A stretch of 64,000 nt of DNA from positions 1,056,001 to 1,120,000 of the forward strand of contig CAWFFH010000003.1 in the NCBI GenBank assembly GCA_963815095.1, written 5' to 3'. Shown here piece after piece: positions 58,247 to 64,000 of this stretch (within the stretch, counting starts at the first letter, position 1; each line of letters begins with the position of its first letter). This DNA is from Candidatus Bathyarchaeota archaeon (GTDB lineage: Archaea > Thermoproteota > Bathyarchaeia > Bathyarchaeales > Bathycorpusculaceae). Below the pieces are notes generated by a model. It saw only the letters and a list, made by a program, of their open reading frames with translations, made no database searches and was not told the DNA's origin. Both the position numbers and the translations under genes were made by a program.

Positions 58247-59335
58247 ATGGCACAAAACCTCAGGTTCCGAAATTCCGAATTGGCACACAGCATAGCAGAA
58301 AAAATCAAATCAGTGTCGCCCAAAAGGGGGCAAGTTAAGTTTTGCCATGTTTGTGGTACCCATGAATGGACCATAACCCACTTTGGCTTGCGAAGTTTAT
58401 TGCCGGAAAATGTTGAGGTCATCGCTGGACCCGGATGCCCAGTTTGTATTGTGCCTGCTGCAGAAATCGACGAAGCAGTGCAGTTGGCGCAAAAAGGGAT
58501 GGTGATAACATGTTTCGGCGATCTTCTCCGAGTGCCGGGAAGTCAATCCTCGCTTTTAGAAGCCAAAGCAGCTGGCGCTGACGTCAGAATTGTATATGCC
58601 GTTTCAGACGCCATTGAAATGGCTAAACGCGAGCAAACTAAACAATTTGTTTTTCACGCCGTCGGTTTCGAAACCACTGCCCCTATCACTGCGCTTGAAG
58701 CCCTCGGTGATTTGCCCAAAAACTTTAGCTTCTTGGTTTCCCATCGCTTGATTCCGCCAGCCATGGAACTTTTGCTTGGCGTCGGCGACTTGCATATTGA
58801 CGGATTCATTGCGCCCGGGCATGTAAGCGCCATTATCGGTTTGAAACCCTACGAGTTATTTACTCGAGTTTACCGGATGCCTACAGTTGTGGCAGGGTTT
58901 GAGCCCAACGACGTGTTGATGTCGCTTTACATGCTTCTAAAACAAGTCAGCGAAAGCGATGCTTTGCTGGAGAATGAATATTCTCGTGTTGTTAAGCCTG
59001 AAGGCAACCCTAAAGCGCTGGAAATGATGAGGCAAGCTTTCACGGTTACTGCTGGGAACTGGCGCGGCATCGGCAGGCTACCCGACTCAGCATTGCAGTT
59101 GCGCGAGTCACTTAAACAGTATGATGCCCGAGAAAAATTCGATGTTCACGTTAAGGAAGGAAAAGACATTAACTTTGGGTGCGAATGTCATCTGGTAATT
59201 ATTGGAAAAATCAAGCCCAAAGAATGTCCCCTCTTCATGAAAACATGCACGCCCGCAAAACCAGTTGGCGCATGCATGGTTAGCAGCGAAGGCACCTGCC
59301 GCGTATGGGCAAAAAACGAAGCTGCCCAAGCCTAA
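58247..59335 (+). CDS. hypD: Hydrogenase formation protein HypD
   Basis: CGTHE, GPGCPVC, GFETT, PGHVS, CMVSSEGTC. Confidence 0.95.
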   Translation: MAQNLRFRNSELAHSIAEKIKSVSPKRGQVKFCHVCGTHEWTITHFGLRSLLPENVEVIAGPGCPVCIVPAAEIDEAVQLAQKGMVITCFGDLLRVPGSQSSLLEAKAAGADVRIVYAVSDAIEMAKREQTKQFVFHAVGFETTAPITALEALGDLPKNFSFLVSHRLIPPAMELLLGVGDLHIDGFIAPGHVSAIIGLKPYELFTRVYRMPTVVAGFEPNDVLMSLYMLLKQVSESDALLENEYSRVVKPEGNPKALEMMRQAFTVTAGNWRGIGRLPDSALQLRESLKQYDAREKFDVHVKEGKDINFGCECHLVIIGKIKPKECPLFMKTCTPAKPVGACMVSSEGTCRVWAKNEAAQA

Positions 59336-59342
59336 CTGATTG

Positions 59343-60941
59343 TTACGGAATATTCGTTTGGAAAACAAAAACTCTATACGGCAGAGTCCCAAAGACTGTT
59401 TCGTGAGTAAAATTGCCACTTACAACTAACATGTTGTATACTCCTTGAGCAGTTAAAGTTGAATTGAAGTATTCGAAACTTGTGTTTTCATCCAACATTA
59501 AATACTTGACATTTTTTTGTTCGCACAATACAACCAACTCATTAATGCTAAAGTTTGGTGTATATGAGTCGGGCGGCAAAGTGGGGTACTGCCAAACCGA
59601 GTTATTATTCGATCTATCGGCATTCAAATAAAACTGGACCATGTTAATATTGAGATTATTTACTGGACAGATAACCAAAACAGAATCATTACTGCCTAAT
59701 CCTTTAGCTACATACTGGGTGGCTTCAGGCAAAGGTATGTAAACTGATTCGTTTGCAACCCAGGTTTCCGCATCAACAATGCTGTAAACGATGGCGGCTC
59801 CCGTAAGAACTATGAGGCAACCAGCGAGAATTTTGACCGCCCATTTGCGATGAATGCTTGTATTGAAGGATCTCCAAGTTTTCTCAAATTTATTGTATAT
59901 GGCTGAAACAAAACATGCGCTTGAAACCGCTAACACTGGAAAAAGAGGCATTGCATAACGCCAAGTTCTCGAGGCTATCAAAGTGAAGAAAACGTAAACA
60001 ACAATAAACCAAACCAGGAAAAATTTGTCTTCGGGTTTTTTTCGCCAAGCAAACAGACCCAACCCCAACAACCCAAGAACAAATACAAGTATAGAAATTG
60101 GGTGAACATACTGCATTCCTTGAAAAGATATTTCCATCAAATAGAAGATTGGTTGAGGAAATCTTGCACTGTACACGTTTGCTTGGGCGTCGTTGACTTG
60201 AAGCAAATTAATCCATTGCCCTAAACCACCTGAAATAAAAATTGCTGTGAAAACTGGAATTATCATGGCTCCAGAGGCAAGGATAAAAAGCGGGAATCTT
60301 GAAAACTTTGCTTTAAATTTACTTCGGTAGAGGAGAAAAGGCAAAGTAACAAGTAACACTAATCCTGCAACGATTGCTTGATACTTAGTCAAAAACGCTA
60401 ACCCCAACACTAACCCGCATAGAAGAATAATTTTGTCTTTACCCGTATGCAACCATTCAACAAAAAGCAGCAACGTAGCCAAAAAGAAAAATTCCAGCGC
60501 CATCTCCAAAAGCGAAAGTCTAGAGAGCCAAATAAACGCCGGCATTGTCGCCATGAATATGCAAGATATGAATGCGACTCTGTGTCCGTATGTTTTTGAG
60601 GCAAGTTTAAACAAAACCCCTAGGGTAAGCAACCCAAAAACTACGGAGACCAGTCTTCCTGCCCATAAACTGGTGCCGAAAACCGCAAAGAAGCCAGCTG
60701 TAACTGCGTCGAATAAGGGTGGATAAAACGTTACGCCAAGATATTCCGTGATACGTCCTTGCGATAATAGAAGTGCTCCATATAGGTGAGGTGTTTCATC
60801 CCAAAGTATGCTTTTGTAAGCCAAATTATACAATAGCAAAAGACCACAAGTAACTGTGAAAATCAAGAATAAAATATGCCAACGCTCAAACCTAAACCTT
60901 ACTTGTTTAGACCTGATTTGAGAGAGCATTTTGTCACCCAA
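59343..60941 (-). CDS. GT-C fold glycosyltransferase (ArnT/PMT family 39-like)
   Basis: WDETPH, YPPL, GRL.S, LAFLTKY, RYAMPLFP; many TM helices. Confidence 0.85.
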   Translation of the reverse strand: MGDKMLSQIRSKQVRFRFERWHILFLIFTVTCGLLLLYNLAYKSILWDETPHLYGALLLSQGRITEYLGVTFYPPLFDAVTAGFFAVFGTSLWAGRLVSVVFGLLTLGVLFKLASKTYGHRVAFISCIFMATMPAFIWLSRLSLLEMALEFFFLATLLLFVEWLHTGKDKIILLCGLVLGLAFLTKYQAIVAGLVLLVTLPFLLYRSKFKAKFSRFPLFILASGAMIIPVFTAIFISGGLGQWINLLQVNDAQANVYSARFPQPIFYLMEISFQGMQYVHPISILVFVLGLLGLGLFAWRKKPEDKFFLVWFIVVYVFFTLIASRTWRYAMPLFPVLAVSSACFVSAIYNKFEKTWRSFNTSIHRKWAVKILAGCLIVLTGAAIVYSIVDAETWVANESVYIPLPEATQYVAKGLGSNDSVLVICPVNNLNINMVQFYLNADRSNNNSVWQYPTLPPDSYTPNFSINELVVLCEQKNVKYLMLDENTSFEYFNSTLTAQGVYNMLVVSGNFTHETVFGTLPYRVFVFQTNIP

Positions 60942-61015
60942 GCGACTCTAACCTCGCCTGGTCATTATATTAATATTTGCAGAAAACTGGAGACAATCTC
61001 TCTTTGTCTGATTTG

Positions 61016-62080
61016 TCAACAGATTCTTGGTACTGGATCGCCAACTGGTTTTGCGATTATTCTTTTGCCACCCACCAAAGTTTGCATCGCTACTCCCTTG
61101 AATTCGGAGGTGATTTCGCCGATTATTTGTGCATCCTTGCCCTCTTTGGTCTGCTTTAAGAACGCGAGTACTTCTTCGGTTTTTTGGTGAACAGCGCCAA
61201 TTATGATTTTGCCCTCATTGCCAATTTCTAAGGGGTCTAGGCCAAGCATTTCGCATGCAGTTTGTACGTCGCTTCGGATTGGGACCTTGTCTTCATGGAT
61301 TAGGATGCCTATTTTTGATTTTTCGGTCCATTCGTTTAGGGCGTCGGCTAAGCCTCCTCGGGTGGGATCTTTCATTGCGACAACGCCGCCGACATTGCCC
61401 AGCAAACTTTGAATCATTCGGTTAAGCGGCTTCACATCCGACTTTATTTCACTGCCAAACTTTAAGCCCTGCTGTGCCGAAAGCACTGCTAAACCATGGT
61501 CTCCGATTGTGCCTGACAATATGATTTTGTCGCCGACTGCAAGGTTAGAATCAAGTGCCCAGCGGGCTTTAAGTTCACGATATTTCCTGGCAACTTGAAG
61601 GTTACTCTCGAGAGCTGGAGTTCGCCTGCCTATGCCTGAAACATTCATAACACATCCGCCTAGACTGCCCTTCTCCACAACTTTCGTATCACCCGTAACT
61701 ATGCCAACGCCCGCTTCAATGCAGGCTTGTCGCATGCTACCAAGGATAAGCTTCAAATCCGATAGTAACAAACCCTCCTCAAGGATGAGTCCGCAAGCCA
61801 ACGCATAAGGCTCCGCGCCCAAGCACGAAATATCGTTAACAGTACCTGAAATGGATAGACGCCCGATGTCGCCGCCTGGGAAAAATATGGGTTTAACGGC
61901 GTGGGAGTCGCTTTTGAAAACTATATCTCCAATGACTGCTGCGTCATCCATGGCTTCCAATGGAACTTCGGCTTCGTTGACTAATCCGCCAAAATATTTT
62001 ACTATGTAGTTTTTGACGAGGTCATGCATTACTGAGCCGCCCGCGCCATGCAGCATTGTGATTTTCTCGATTTTATCCAT
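61016..62080 (-). CDS. hypE: Hydrogenase expression/formation protein HypE
   Basis: HGAGG, FFPGGDIG, GDTKVV, DPTRGG, C-terminal PRIC. Confidence 0.95.
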   Translation of the reverse strand: MDKIEKITMLHGAGGSVMHDLVKNYIVKYFGGLVNEAEVPLEAMDDAAVIGDIVFKSDSHAVKPIFFPGGDIGRLSISGTVNDISCLGAEPYALACGLILEEGLLLSDLKLILGSMRQACIEAGVGIVTGDTKVVEKGSLGGCVMNVSGIGRRTPALESNLQVARKYRELKARWALDSNLAVGDKIILSGTIGDHGLAVLSAQQGLKFGSEIKSDVKPLNRMIQSLLGNVGGVVAMKDPTRGGLADALNEWTEKSKIGILIHEDKVPIRSDVQTACEMLGLDPLEIGNEGKIIIGAVHQKTEEVLAFLKQTKEGKDAQIIGEITSEFKGVAMQTLVGGKRIIAKPVGDPVPRIC

Positions 62081-62410
62081 GGATTTGCTGTCCCCTGAGG
62101 CTTTTTACTAGAATAGAATAGCCTAAATGTGAAAAATAAACACATCGCAAAGAAATATGATTTTTCTAAGTTCTCAAATGAGGATAAAGTTATTGCAAGC
62201 TCTCGCCAGTAATTTTGATTTTGTTTTCTTAGAGTTTTTTAGGTAAAGTATAAATGGTTAAACGCAATCCCAAAACTATACACCTCACGCGTTCGAATTG
62301 TTCCGTCGCAGGAATGTCACTTAGTCAGTTAAGAGTAAAATCTTAGTTGTGATACGGAAAGCCATATAAATTGCTTTTACGTGTTTGAATGGCGCACTGG
62401 AGAAATATTA

Positions 62411-62896
62411 ATGCCAAAATGGGGATACACAATAATTGAAGAAATGCTCAATCCAGAAAAAACAGCGAAAGCAAGCGGAAGAGAACTCAAAGTATCCCAT
62501 AAAGCCGCACGGGAAGTCTGTAAAGCTGTTAAGGGCATGAATCTATCACAATCTAAAGAGTTTTTGCGCGACGTTATGGTCAAGAAAAGACCAGTTCCAT
62601 ATACAAGGTACACTAAAAAACTAGGCCATAAAGGCGGAATGCAAGGCAGATGCGTGGGCAGGTTCCCCATAAAGTGCGCCGAGCAAATTCTTCATGTTAT
62701 AGAAGCAGCCCAAGCCAATGCAGAAAACAAAGGCTTAGACGTTGACCGTCTCCGAATTATGCATGCAGCAGCTTACCAGGGTATAAAACTTAAGCGTTTT
62801 ATGCCAAGAGCACACGGCAGAGCCTCACCAAAATTCGATACAACCACACACGTTGAAATAGTCCTAGAAGAGAAACCGACTCAAGGAGAGCAATAA
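62411..62896 (+). CDS. rpl22: 50S ribosomal protein L22
   Basis: SHKAAREVC, GRFPIK, PRAHGRASP; start ATG 62411. Confidence 0.93.
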   Translation: MPKWGYTIIEEMLNPEKTAKASGRELKVSHKAAREVCKAVKGMNLSQSKEFLRDVMVKKRPVPYTRYTKKLGHKGGMQGRCVGRFPIKCAEQILHVIEAAQANAENKGLDVDRLRIMHAAAYQGIKLKRFMPRAHGRASPKFDTTTHVEIVLEEKPTQGEQ

Positions 62897-63652
62897 ATGA
62901 GCATAGTTAAACGTTTCATCACTGAATCAATAAAAAGAACAGAAATAGATGAATTTTTACAAAAAAAGCTTGAACGCGCAGGATACGGTGGGGTAAACCT
63001 GTCTAAAACGCCACTCGGCACCCACGTGGTTATCTACGCTATGCGTCCCGGCTTAGTTATAGGCAGAGGCGGAGAAACCATCAAAGAACTCGCCTCAGCA
63101 TTAGAGCACAACTTTAAAGTTGCTAACCCTCAAATTTCAGTTTCAGAAATCGAAGTTCCAGAATTCAATGCCCATGTCGTCGCAAACCGCGTTGCTTCAG
63201 CTCTTGAGCGAGGAGTTCACTTTAGACGTGCAGGTTTCTGGGCACTAAACCAAGTAATGGAAGCAGGCGCACTTGGCGCAGAAATAGTGATCAGTGGAAA
63301 ACTCACCACCGAACGAGCACGCTTCGAAAAATTCAAAGCAGGTCACTTTCCAATAGTCGGTGAACCAGCACTTAAAGCCATGAAAACGGCCGAAGCCCAC
63401 GTTCTTCTAAAACCAGGCATAATCGGTGTCCGCGTCAAAATCATGCCGCCAGACGCATACTTCCCAGATAAAGTAACAATTATTGAGCCAGCCAAAGAAG
63501 AAGAAAATGTAGCTTCTCCACAAACACAAGCTCCCCCTACACCGGTGACTACACCAGTTGAGCCAAAAGCTGAAGTAGAGGCAGAACCCGAACCAGAAGT
63601 GCAAGCAAAAGAAGTTGTTGACGAACCAAAACCTGAGGAGACAAAAGAATAA
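62897..63652 (+). CDS. rps3: 30S ribosomal protein S3 with Pro/Glu-rich tail
   Basis: RAGYGG, PGLVIGRGG KH domain, GAEIVISGKL. Confidence 0.95.
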   Translation: MSIVKRFITESIKRTEIDEFLQKKLERAGYGGVNLSKTPLGTHVVIYAMRPGLVIGRGGETIKELASALEHNFKVANPQISVSEIEVPEFNAHVVANRVASALERGVHFRRAGFWALNQVMEAGALGAEIVISGKLTTERARFEKFKAGHFPIVGEPALKAMKTAEAHVLLKPGIIGVRVKIMPPDAYFPDKVTIIEPAKEEENVASPQTQAPPTPVTTPVEPKAEVEAEPEPEVQAKEVVDEPKPEETKE

Positions 63653-63942
63653 TGCGAGTAAAGGACATCAATGCCCTATCAACTGATGATAGAGCGACAA
63701 AACTTGCTGATTTACGCATAGAATTAGCTCGTATGAGAACTATGGTTAATGCAGGTGGCGCTGTTGAGAACCCAACACGTATACGGGAACTGCGCAGAAC
63801 CATCGCCCAAATATTAACTATTCAAAACGAGAAAAAATTGGGAATCAGGCAGGCTGTTGAAGAGACAAAACAAGAAAAGAAAGTCCCAAAAACCGCCAAA
63901 GTTCCAAAAGCTAAGAAAGAATCTAAGGAGACCGTTTCCTAA
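63652..63942 (+). CDS. rpl29: 50S ribosomal protein L29 with Lys-rich extension
   Basis: GGAVENP.RIRELRRTIAQILTI. Confidence 0.93.
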   Translation: MRVKDINALSTDDRATKLADLRIELARMRTMVNAGGAVENPTRIRELRRTIAQILTIQNEKKLGIRQAVEETKQEKKVPKTAKVPKAKKESKETVS

Positions 63943-64000
63943 TGAAAGTAACTCCTGATATTATCCGTTACGAGTTTATCGGTGCTCAAGCAAGAATCGC
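63942..64000 (+). CDS. rnp1: Ribonuclease P protein component 1 (Rpp29), partial
   Basis: MKVTPDIIRYEFIG matches the Rpp29 N-terminus; canonical position after rpl29. Confidence 0.75.
   Translation, partial: MKVTPDIIRYEFIGAQARI

Overview
Archaeal chromosomal window. The gene content (ADH synthase/DHQ synthase II shikimate route, GHMP shikimate kinase, archaeal r-proteins and Rpp29, intron-containing tRNA, C-terminally anchored surface proteins) suggests Bathyarchaeia, but this is inferred, not searched. Positions ~0.9-22 kb are an accessory region. It holds surface-protein genes, an IS110 with a bridge-RNA-like non-coding end, and an oxygen-handling island (superoxide reductase, CcmF, cbb3-type heme-copper oxidase). 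It is punctuated by eight copies of an inverted-arm/6-bp-spacer site (TTAGTCAA-GAAACY-TTGAC) that resembles a tyrosine-recombinase (dif-like) site. Positions 22-64 kb are mostly housekeeping: an aspartokinase-led Phe/Tyr (shikimate) operon, a convergent ilv-leu-pheA operon, ilvD, cimA, RPA, Hsp20, tRNA-Met, an acyl-CoA ligase, hypFCD/hypE and the start of the rpl22-rps3-rpl29-rnp1 cluster. The most notable signal is a 28-aa leader ORF, absent from the supplied ORF track, ending FPSFDYYFYYYHFP. It lies directly upstream of the aromatic amino-acid operon and is followed by an 11-bp hairpin, which points to ribosome-mediated attenuation in an archaeon. Weaker leader-like ORFs occur around the ilv operon. 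All family assignments are by motif recognition by eye; no database searches were run.
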